Positions 53,067 to 64,000 of a DNA stretch of 64,000 nucleotides are shown here, one piece after another (position 1 is the stretch's first letter; every line of letters begins with the position of its first letter). Under the pieces are notes generated by a model. The model had not been told where the DNA came from and ran no database searches. It saw only the letters and a list, made by a program, of their open reading frames with translations. This DNA is from Octopus vulgaris (Eukaryota). The stretch is from NCBI GenBank assembly GCA_951406725.2, contig OX597824.1:8122001-8186000 (forward strand). The letters are read 5' to 3'. Position numbers and translations under genes: made by a program.

Positions 53067-53750
53067 TCATCATCATCATCTTTTAGCGTCCGTTCTCCAT
53101 GCTAGCATGGGTTGGACGGTTCAACTGGGGTCTGTGAAGCTGGAAGGCTTCATCAGGCCCAGTCAGATCTGGCAGTGTTTCTACGGCTGGATGCCCTTCC
53201 TAACGCCAACCACTCCGTGAGTGTAGTGGGTGCTTTTTACGTGCCACCCGCACAGGTGCCAGACAGAGCTGGCAAACGGCCACGAACGGATGGTGCTTTT
53301 ACGTGTCACCGGCACGGGGGCCAGGCGAGGCTGGCAACGGACACGAACAGATGATGCTTTTACGTGCCACCAACACGGGGGCCAGACAGAGCTGGCAAAC
53401 GGCCACGAAACGGATGGTGCTTTTACGTGTCACCGGCACGGGGGCCAGGCGAGGCTGGCAACAGACACGAACGGATGGTGCTTTTACATGCCACCACAAG
53501 GGGGCCAGACAGGGCTGGCAAACGGCCACGAACGGATGGTGCTTTTACATGTCACTGGCATGGGGGCCAGACAGAGCTGGCAAACGGCCACGAACGGATA
53601 GTGCTTTTACGTGTCACCGGCACGGGGGCCAGGCTGGCAACAAACACGAACGGATGGTGCTTTTACGTGCCACCGACACGGGGGCCAGACAGGGCTGGCA
53701 AACGGTCACAAACGGATGGTGCTTTTACGTGTCACCTGCACAGGGGCCCT
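53067..53750 (-). mobile_element. Family C copy with an expanded internal array; others at 1436, 21995, 28635, 35378
   Basis: 8 full units and 1 partial unit of about 56-63 bp at 53229-53745. Confidence 0.88.
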
Positions 53751-55527
53751 GATGTTGATCGACCTCAATTTGGTTCTGCTTTCTGATATTTGGTTTGATT
53801 TTGACTGTTCTCACTGGTCTTGCCGGGTTTTCTCACGCACAACATACTTCCAAAGGTCTCGGAAGTATGTATGTATATTTGTGTGCTTGTTCCACCACCA
53901 TTGCTTGACAACCGATGTCGGTGTGCTTTCGTCCCCATAACTCAGCAGTTCAGCAAAAGAGACCGATAGAATAAATATTCAGATTACAAAGAATAAGTCC
54001 TGGGGGTCGATTAGTTTGACCAAAGGCGGTGCTCCAGCATGGTCGCAGGCAAATGAAACAGGTAAAAGCGCCAAGAAGAATTTAGACTTTTAAAAGGATT
54101 AAAGTGATTAGGCAATAGCATTTAAAACGGTTTTCCTGAATTTACTGAAAGTCCCAGAGCTGCTGACACCGTTTCTCAAGACATGTGTATGTATGTGTCT
54201 GTCTGTGATTCCAAATATCTGCAAGATAGTTTGCTGCCATCTCTTTGTGAAGTCATTAGCAATCAGTTTAATCAACTTGTCTTAATGCTTGGAGGACAAA
54301 ACAATTGTTGATAATCAGATGAATCTATTTTATTGAAATATTAAAAGAAAAAAAGAAAAGAAAAGGGGAAAAAAGGAACAAAAAACAAAAACATGAAAAT
54401 CAAAATGGCTGAACACTGCATCCAAATATTCACTTTCTCAGCTTCTTCAGTTGTACAAAACCTGCAATAGTTACATCACAGCTAATTCTGCTAATATTAA
54501 TTATATTGGCTTCGTTAACAAACAAAATACATATATTAAAAAATATTTGGATTTAAAAAAATTCTTTTTTACAATTTGGTGCAAATTCATAAAAATATAA
54601 ATTCAAATTTCCTTTAGTAACTAAAATAAAAGAAAAACAATTAATCATAGCAGAGTAGCTGAGGAAAGATAAACAATATCAAAACATTTTCTTAAGCAAT
54701 TTCTGTTTTGCTAAGTCCCAAATCCATTTTGCCTGTTCCAATAACAATCCTGGTGTGCTATTCTCAAAGTTTATACAATGTGCTGTCATCACCAAGAAAC
54801 ATTTTGAAAACAGAAATGCTGTTTAAAATGCAGATAATTTTCTGCAGATAACAGCAGCGCTTACAAATATTTTCGAAAATAATTGTATTTTTCTCTTAAT
54901 ATTCGTCCACATAATTTTTTTTCCCCCTCTTTTTAGAAACCAAACAATCCTAGCCCCAACGCCATGAACTAGAATTCACAAAAGCTTGTACAATAATATG
55001 GAATATCAACATTTCCATGGTTTTAGCAAATATGGTAATGGCTTTCCACGTGCCTTCTAGCTTTTAAACACCAATAAAACTTGGAAATTACTTTGCTCTC
55101 CAAGCAATTCCTAATTTAATTCTTAAAGCATACAATATTCTTCTCAAAGAATAATTACAATAAACTTAGCATAAATAACATAGCTTTTTATTAAAAGTTA
55201 TCTGCTGCGTTATTTCCATCTTTTAAAACCATTTCTACCTAACAAAATATTTCGATGTACTTTTCCCCCATTGCTCATGTTGAAGCAATTTTTTCTTTCT
55301 TTTTTTAAAAAAAATATTTAATATATTTCAACATACTTTCCTGGTTCAAGTATCCTGTGTAAATTTAGATTTAAATTCAGTGTTTATGAACATACAAATG
55401 TAGAAAGAATTACATGGATTCAACACATTTTCTTTCATATTTAGACATTTTTCTAAACAACAAAATTAATTCTAAAAAAATATATTAGTCAACTAAAAAT
55501 AAACATTAACAAAATTCTGAATAATTT

Positions 55528-55578
<51 letters not shown>

Positions 55579-56013
55579 GAAGAAAAAAAAAAGAAATTTG
55601 AAAAGATACAAGAGACATGAAAACCAAAAGTGACCTTACTGTGATTTGAACATGTAAATAACAAACAAAATAAAACTGCATGGCATTTTGGCATTTAGAC
55701 CTGTACTACAATCTCATCACTTTAGACGTACACACACACACACACACACAGCTAACCATTCTCTTCTTTATGCCTAGATAGCAAAATAATGAACTAGGTT
55801 AATATTTCACTTTCACATTTGCAATAAATTTCATTTCTCCACATGACAACAACATATTACCACAAAACTGGGATCAAACCGCTTCATTTCCATCATATTC
55901 TCTCTCTCTCTGAATTTTTCTGGGCATTCTTTTTTTTTTGCAAGTGATTGCTTCTCACTTATTATAAACTAATCAACCATGACACATTATATACAAGAGA
56001 ACAAAGTGTACGT

Positions 56014-56176
56014 ACGCAAAACATCCAGAAGACGATACAAAAAACACGGACGGGTCATTCGAAACCTTTAATCTTCAGTACCCGAAATTGCGAGGATGAT
56101 CCGGTTCTTGACTGAAGATTAAAGGCTTCGAATGACCCATCCGTATTTTTTGTATCGTCTTCTGGATGTTTTGCGT
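56014..56176. repeat. 66-bp inverted repeat with a 31-nt loop
   Basis: 56014-56079 versus 56111-56176, 3 mismatches. Confidence 0.95.
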
Positions 56177-57318
56177 TCTTGTCCCATTTTGTATTTTTTG
56201 ATATATATATATATATATATATCCACTTTGGTAAACTAAATCAAGTTGAATAATGTGCTTTCCCTATCCTGGCTCAAAGCTCAAAGTAATGATTCCAATA
56301 ATGAAGGCTGGCAGACTAGTATTCTTCCTTCAGTTCCTTCGCTAAGACATTGGTCTATTTAAGAACTATTTTTAATGGCAGATTAAAAAATATAAATCCA
56401 CACATACAGATCATTCAAAATGTGAATGGATAATGAAGAAGAAGAAGAAAAATTTTAAAGACTAATTATAACTATTCTAATTCCGTAATTCATCAACATT
56501 TCTTCTTCTCTGACTAATTTTAGAGAACTATCTAACAAAAACTCTTTCATTAAGAAGATATATTCATTTATGAAGCTTATCAGCTATGTCCATTTATAGT
56601 AGTTCTTGCACTAATACCAACCAACTGGATTAATTTTCCAAAGAACTTCCTAATTTAAGTCTGCGGGAAAAAATATATAATAATAATATCCAGAATTTAA
56701 AACAAAAGCAGTAATTAAATAAAAGTAAAAATAAAAAAGAATTGAAAAACCCAGAACAAAATTTAATTGTTAATATAGAAATGAAGTTTTTTTAAAAAAA
56801 TAAGGATTTTGAAACTGTTTGTTAAATTTGACTAAACTTACTTATGAGAGATGCTAGACTAGGTTTTAGTTCATTGTTGTTCCTGCATGCTCCACAATGG
56901 ACAAAATACCAATGTAATTTAAAGCATAAGAAGCAGGCTGCATAAACTGTATTTGTAATAAAACAGCATGACCAGTTTAAATAGCAACAGAAAACAAGGA
57001 GAGAAAAAAAAAAAGGATATTTCATTCTCAGCCTGAAAATATGGGATCATTTGATTAGGTAACAACAATTAAGGGCAATTTAAATTCAGCCACAAAAACG
57101 TTGCTCACTTGCCAGCATTTTGTATTCAAAGGGCCACATATAAATAAATAAAACCTTCCATTATTGCTTTCATACAGAATATCTGAATATGTGAACAACA
57201 AAATTCCCACATGTCAACAAATTTCAGACATTAAAAAGTGTTTCGTAGGAATGGCGGAATATTTACTCAAGTTCCAGAACATAACAGAGTTACCTCCCTA
57301 GTTTTAATAAGTACTTAC

Positions 57319-57381
57319 CAATCAGTGCCACTAGAGGACTCTGTTCCACTGCTAGAATCATGATGCTTAGCTTGTTTTCTC
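57319..57381 (-). CDS. SRPK: Probable upstream SRPK N-terminal exon: RKQAKHHDSSSGTESSSGTD(W)
   Basis: Strong acceptor (ttctcgttgactctccag) and consensus donor (TG|gtaagt). 63 nt, phase 2 to 2, open, and joins exon 29897-30000 in frame. No homology check possible. Confidence 0.78.
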
Positions 57382-58303
57382 CTGGAGAGTCAACGAGAAA
57401 TTGATGCAGAAAGTTGAGATTATCTAAGTTACTAGAAGTGGTGTTAGGTATTCAATGAACAAATTTAGGAAAGAAGAGAAAAATAAGGAACCTTGCCAAA
57501 AAAGAGACAAAGAAAATAGGCAAAGCATTTAGCACATCAAATATTGAGCAAATATCTAATCCAAGAAAGCAACCAGAAGATTTAAGCAAAGATATATAAG
57601 AGCCAAAAAAGAAACAAAGAAAACGGGGAAGGAAAAAATTTGCCGAAAAATAATTCAATGTCGACAAGACAGCAACAATGAAGACTGAATTGACAAAAAG
57701 GAAAGCAAGGAATGGTTTAATGCACTGTTTACCATACTGTTCCAAATTTGGAAAAAGTCTAAACCAAACAATTTGCCAACAATGCTCGCCAGTTCACAGT
57801 ATTTGATGGTTACCAGATATATAACACGGCTCAGTAACTTGCCATATTCACACAGCTTCTATTTCAAGTAGACTTTTTTTCTTTTTATATATCAAACTTT
57901 CAATTCTAGCTTTATATAATTACATCACCAACATAATAACTCCAAGTGGCAACAATTAAAAAAAAAATTAAATAAATAAACAAACAATAAGCAAAATAAT
58001 GACATCAGAAGAAGGTTTGCACTGGAGAGTCAAGTTAAGTAGCAATGCAGCTAAGATGTTGATGTTGAATTATGGACACATGAAATTTAAATGAAGGTAC
58101 GCAGATTTAAGATACAATAGGTCAACAGTGATTGTTCTTAACGAACCAAGGTAATTAATTTTATAGTTAGATCCTTTAATTTTTAATTATTACCTAAACA
58201 GCTGATTTACTTAGATATTGAGCTAAAACACAACATAACTTATACAAAACACTTTAACACAGTAATAATAATTAACTGAGGAAATAATTAACTTACTTTA
58301 GAA

Positions 58304-58955
58304 CTAGCAGGACCCATGGAAAGTCCACGGAATGAAGAAAATTAAGAGAAGCTATTTAAGAAAGAAGAGATGATTTGCATTTTTGTTGTATATAAATCTT
58401 ATTGTTACCTGTGCAATAAATGATACAAAAGTATACAGTAACAATCTATACAATACATAAAACAAACATCATTCGTTAATATTTAATTCTACTGAAACTG
58501 CAAAATCAGCATATAATTGCATATTCCTTATCAAGCAATATTCTATCGTAATTACTTTACATTATATACAATTAATGCACACAAATGATATAAAGACTAT
58601 ACATAATGTTTTTATTTATATGATTAGAATTAATTCCATTGCAAATTTAAAAAAAAATCTACAGCTATTTTTCTAAGTTATTTCACTTCAAGTCACAATA
58701 TATTATATGATTTTAAAATTTCCCTGTGCTAAATACTTTCTTTCTCTCACTTCAACAAACTTTTTAAACATGTAATTCTCCTCTTCACGTTGTTAACATT
58801 TCTCCGTTCCCCTTCACCTCTTACTTCCACTAACCATGCTATCACGTGGTTAGTGGATGTGGCTCTCTGCTAGCTTACTCACTCTCACTCCACCTCCCCT
58901 CCTCTCCAACAAGTGTAACATGTAAACAAACAAACAAGCAACATTATAATATAGA
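58304..58955 (-). mobile_element. Older Helitron-like element
   Basis: Minus strand 5' TCTATATTATAA; 3' hairpin ccgtgga/tccatgg followed by CTAG and T. Confidence 0.55.
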
Positions 58956-61900
58956 CTTATGAACTCTAAATCTGTTAAAATTTTAGAAAAAATACACTAA
59001 CACAGTTCTCATATTAGGAATTGTGACATTAAAAAATAAAGGAAAATTACTGTACACACACACCCCTAGAAATTAAAGGCAGAAGTGAAGGTGTTTGCAA
59101 AACCTTAAATATCATGGACAGAGCGTCCTTTGTCCCTAAAACAGCAAAAAGAGGGAAAACAGTGCATCCTATGTTTATCTGAAAAATCCCAGATCCTCAA
59201 ACTGAAGATAACCAAAATCTTACTTCCCAGAAGTGAAAGGAGACCATTTCTATTGGAATATATTTAAATCCTGACAGGCTAGTCTCAACCAAATGCAATA
59301 CACTTGATCTCTAACCCTAACAAGCAGTTATCTGATAGTGTAGACAGCAACCACTCGTGCGCACAACACAACTTTACACCTGACTGTTCTTGACCAATGA
59401 GAATCAGTCTTAAGTACACAGCCTGAAAGTCTGTACATGAGGAGAAAATCAAACTAGTGGTGGAATGAATCACAACTATTTCCCAGGTAAATAAATGTAC
59501 ACTCACATAACCAAAATTATATGTATACATGTGTGATTGTGCGTATAAATACACACACGTGTACATAACATGTGCATGTATGATAGTGCACCAGAATGGT
59601 CTTAACTATAATGGCTAAAATGGAACTATATATGTATGCATGTATATTTGTATTAGTGTGTAAGTGTTAAGTTCTCCTTGTGTACAGCATCCAGATCCTC
59701 TAAGTGTACCAAGTCTTGGTGAGTGTAAAATGTATGTTAAGTACCAGCGGCTACCTACCCACCAGGATTTTACAGTGATATCTAAGAATCCACACAGTCA
59801 CATTTTGTAGTAGTCTACTAAAGATCACTGTGACCTAATTAATAAACAATGGGTTTTTTATCAAGGAGAGGTCAAAAGGAGGGGGGGAACCCCTACCAAA
59901 CCTTGTGCAGCATTTTAGGAATTGCAGCTTGCCTTTAAAAAGGCAGCTCATATTCCAAAAAGGAACCATTAACAGGAGTAGGTGGGAGCAAGCAGATATA
60001 TCCCCACTGTATACCAGAACTGCACAGAGGCCTGGAGCACTGAAAAAAGGATGAGCCACTGTTTTGAAAGCACAAATCTGAGGCATTAATTCACCTGTCT
60101 AATGAATCTCATACAGAACACTTCACCAACACACAGTGGTCCAAAGGAAAGGTCTTAGAACTGACAAAGCTAATGCAATGAACGAATTCCTCAACAGCTT
60201 ATGAAATAGAAATCATGTGGGTTGCAGAGCAACATTCTTTTCTACTCTAGGCACAAGGCCCGAAACTTTTGGGGAAGGGGCCAGTTGATTAGATCGACCC
60301 CAGTATGTAACTGGTACTTAATTTATCGACCCCGAAAGGATGAAAGGCAAAGTCGACCTTGGCGGAATTTGAACTCAGAACGTCACAGCTGACGAAATAC
60401 CGCTAAGAATTTCACCCGGCATGCTAACATTTCTGCCAGCTTGCTGCAACACTGCTCTACAAAATGCATGTAAATCACAGTCCAGCAGAACAATGTTACC
60501 ATCATAGTATGAAATGCATCATTTTCCCGAAGGCCAGTACAGTCGTTCCTGCCCAGGGCCTCTCCACATCTGCTTCCAAGCCCCCACACGACAGCTTTCT
60601 TCACTCGATAATCAACATTCAGAACTAACTTCTAGAAATTGTCGGAATAGCTATCACAGACAACGAGATACAGGTATCCAAAGGCCTAGGAAGAAATACA
60701 TCATCAATCACCATCAGAAATGCAATGAACCAATGAGTAACCTATTGGAAACCTATAACGAATGATGCTATCGTTGATAAATGCAGGATAAAATGAATGT
60801 ATGTGAGAGAGTGGGTGTGTGTTTGTAGTAAAGAGACAGACAGGTAGACAGCGATAAGGGGAGATTCTGAGAGTAAATATGTATTAATCACAGATTATTA
60901 TAATCATACAAAATTACGCCAGGTCATTAAGACTGTAGTTTACTTGTGTCTCTTCATTAGCACTGGACCCCAGACGAAGATTAATTAGCTCTTAATGACC
61001 TGGCAGTAAATGAACTTTATTCAGTTGAAACACTGAATATACAGACAACTGTTTTGTTTGCTTAGAAAACAAGGGAAAAAGAAAGAAACATAAAGAAAAA
61101 ATTTTACAAATTTGCAACAGACTGGCATTTATGTAACAAAAGTAAATAACTTCTTCCAAATGCATAGAATCGTTGTTCACCCCCATATTTAGCTGTGTGC
61201 TTCATAAGGCTGTGATCAAAGTTACTCCAAAACAAGATAATCCTGTTTTTATTTTAGTCATATATGTACAAAGTGTTGCTTCTCAATTTTTCTTTTAACT
61301 ATAACCCCTCATCCCACTCCCTTTTTTTAACTCCTCTTCCTCACAGCCCACCAGACGACAGTTGAACATCTTCACACCATTTTTAAAGCACCGACACACA
61401 ATATCAGGCCACAGTGAGTCAGATCTGAATACCAGTTTGGCAAAGGTGACTATTTACCACACTGCTATAAGCAAAGGGGGTAGGCATGGGTGGTATATAT
61501 TCTATCGCTTATTTACTTATTCACATTTCAAAAGTCTATGTTCTGAGTTCAAATTCTGCCAAGGTCGACATGCCTTTCATTCCTTTAGGGGTCAAATTAA
61601 ATACCAGTAAAAGACTGAGGTCAATGTGATCAACTAGTCCCCTCCCCCAAAATTTCAGGCCTTGTGCCTTTAGTAGAAAGGATTATTATTATTATTACTA
61701 CTACTGAGTGAGAGAATAGTGCATGCCATCAAAGTGACACTGGGTTAAAATATACAAAGCCCAGTATACCCATCATGACTACCTGCCCAATAAGGGTACA
61801 CCAGGTACATGCATCACAACCATATGTGCTGAACATGGTGATCTCATTTCAAGATTAAACAGAGCATCTAACAAGCAGTTTGTCAAAATATTGTATTTAA

Positions 61901-63012
61901 AAAAATATTTTTTTACGTTAGTCCCTAGTAGCTATATAAAATATTCCACCACCTTTCAAGGAGCAGTACTGCCCACATGAGAATCATTGGTTACAGAGTC
62001 AAATTAGTGATTCATGTCTTTTTTGCCAAACCACGAAGTTAAAGGAATGTAAACACACCAACATCGGATGTCAAGTGATGGGGAGGGACAAACACAGACA
62101 CACACACATATCCATATACAGGACAGGTTTCTTTCAGTTTCCGTCTACCAAACCTACTCACAAAGCCTTGGTTGGCCCGAGGCTATGGTAGAAGACATTT
62201 GCCCAAGGTGCAACACAGTGGGACTGAACCCGGAACCATGTGGTTGGTAAGCAAGCTTCTTACCACACAGCCATGCCTGCGGCTTATCTTTTTCTTTTTT
62301 TGACACTATAGGATGTCGAACCTGCCACAGATCCCAATAAATATTTTTCCAACTATGTATTAAAATGAAAGGACACCAGAATACACAGAAATTCCCTTCC
62401 TTAGTCACAATAAATTTAAAGACTCAAATATTAACGATTTCATAATCACAGAAACAAATGTTTAAATTATTAATTATAACTTGAAACCAGTAATTCTGGT
62501 GAATAGCTCAAAATACTTGAATACCTTTAAGTAGGAAAGCTTAATTAGCTGTTTGGAATATCTTTAAGTAGCAAACCTTAATCAGTTGTTGGAAATATGT
62601 CTTCCCTCAAGGAAAACCTATTTCAATCACTCAGATTCATTGTAATCATCATCATCACCATCATCATTATCAATAACTTAAAATCGTTTCCCAAGATAAT
62701 ATTTGAAAGGTTTTAATCAACTTTTGCAAAAGTAAGCTACAGACTCACTGACTGAAAATTCGGAAGGATAAGGAACACAGAAGTTAGACACCCTTTTAAT
62801 ACCAACCAAACACAAGACCAGTTCTTAGTCTGTGATTCAAACTTCCTGCTTTAAAACTATCAAAATTAAAAACTTCCATCAGAGTTTCATTTTAAAATAA
62901 GTGCCAACATCAGATTGATAATGACAAAATTAATTTACTAAATTCCTTATTATTTTCAAAATTAATTCCAACAAAAGCAGGATTTTTCAACAGAAATACA
63001 CCAAAAAAAGGG

Positions 63013-63240
63013 TTAACCCTTTCATTACCAACCTGGCTGAAACCGGCTCTGACTCTGAGTATGAATGTCTTGTTTTCATAAGTTTTGAATTAAAATCTTC
63101 CACCAAACCTTAGTCACAATTTATGTTCCTAACACTGGCTTAATGATAACCACGTTATTTTACTAAATTCTTTGTTATATTTAAAGTAATTGAAAGAAAC
63201 ACAGAGCATCTCAAAATATATTCAGTAACGAAAGGGTTAA
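63013..63240 (-). mobile_element. TTAA MITE family 1, reverse-orientation copy
   Basis: TTAACCCTTTCATTAC...GTAACGAAAGGGTTAA. Internal sequence is the reverse complement of 37776-38004. Confidence 0.85.
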
Positions 63241-63911
63241 GCTGCCACTGAGTTATTTGCTATTTTCCATTCAGATGAAAATAAATATTTATTTCATAAC
63301 TTAAATGGTTAAAGTGAGAAACAGACTCAAATTTTAAAATTTGACCTTCGATAAATTATCATTGAATATTTTCATTTAAAACTAAGCTCAAGTTTCATAC
63401 AACCGTCATCTGTGTTGCAGAAACATTGACTTCCATGTAGCATCAAGTCAATGGGAAAATAGGATTCACTTAATGGAACTCCCTTGTTACACTGAAATTT
63501 CCAGGAGTACAAGGAAAATGGAATCAATGCAAAAGTACATTCTGCATTATGGAACTCCTTGTTGTGGAAATAGTTCTAGGAACACATCACAGGGTGTGCT
63601 TACATCAGGTCATATAAGAAACCAGGACACAAGGTTCTGAGAGGAGTCAAAAAAATTAGCTTTGTTTCAAAATATACCAATCCTTCACATCGCAGAGGAG
63701 AGATCAGCACTAGAAAGGGCCTTAAAGTGAAAAAAAGCTGTTGCCTACTAACAATATTATTGTGTGGGAGGATCTGGCCTTGCTAAAACAAACAGCCACT
63801 ATACCTCCCACTTTCCATTTATTTCTTTTGATACCAACCCATGAGACCATCCTTGGTTCTATGAAGAACTTAGTAAAGTAACTGTCATTAAGTAGATGTG
63901 TGCAGTGTAGA

Positions 63912-64000
63912 TTAACCCTTTTGTTACCATATTTCTGTTGAGATGCTCTGGGTTTCTTTCAATTAATTTTAAATATAACAAATAATTTGGTGAAATAACT
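63912..64000 (+). mobile_element. TTAA MITE family 1, cut by the window end
   Basis: ttaacccttttgttaccatatttctgttgagatgctctg matches the start of the 37776 copy. Confidence 0.8.

Noticed and set aside
53229-53745. CRISPR-like array, also at 8001-8350
   Set aside because: The apparent spacers are homologous to each other, there are no cas genes, the context is a eukaryotic intron, and the array is part of a dispersed retroposon.
53112-53940. Overlapping 76-149 aa ORFs with repeated peptides
   Set aside because: Open frames arising from a GC-rich tandem repeat.
55640-55686. Further ATG...CA|gtaagg phase-2 first-exon candidate (MPCSFILFVIYMFKSQ)
   Set aside because: Intron-like T-rich composition with no other support; expected by chance.
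57452-57745. 97-aa hydrophobic minus ORF and Lys-rich plus frame
   Set aside because: Explained by A-rich composition; the plus frame has stops and there is no fitting splice pattern or motif.

Overview
AT-rich, microsatellite- and SINE-dense animal DNA, most likely a coleoid cephalopod such as Octopus. That assignment is inferred from the repeat families and is not proven. The window lies within one minus-strand SR-protein kinase (SRPK1/2-like) gene. Seven phase-compatible GT-AG exons (57319-57381, 29897-30000, 25633-25741, 8566-8653, 5242-5329, 3603-3709, 1807-1969) splice into the N-terminal part of the kinase, including [12 protein letters not shown] and HTDIKPEN. The start and 3' half of the gene lie outside the window. 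Introns hold three abundant SINE families, TTAA MITEs, Helitron-like and HINE-like elements, and decayed RTE/CR1 LINEs. Three signals stand out. (1) The 27-kb intron contains several non-repetitive candidate alternative exons that all rejoin the kinase frame, including a 39-nt microexon/poison-exon switch and a 147-aa ORF in frame with SRPK behind two stops that A-to-I editing could remove. (2) There are several minimal Penelope-type hammerhead ribozyme folds, one nearly intact (48799-48855) and one family joined to a tRNA-derived head. (3) Long dsRNA-forming inverted repeats occur in the pre-mRNA. Almost all ORFs in the supplied track are repeat-derived noise.
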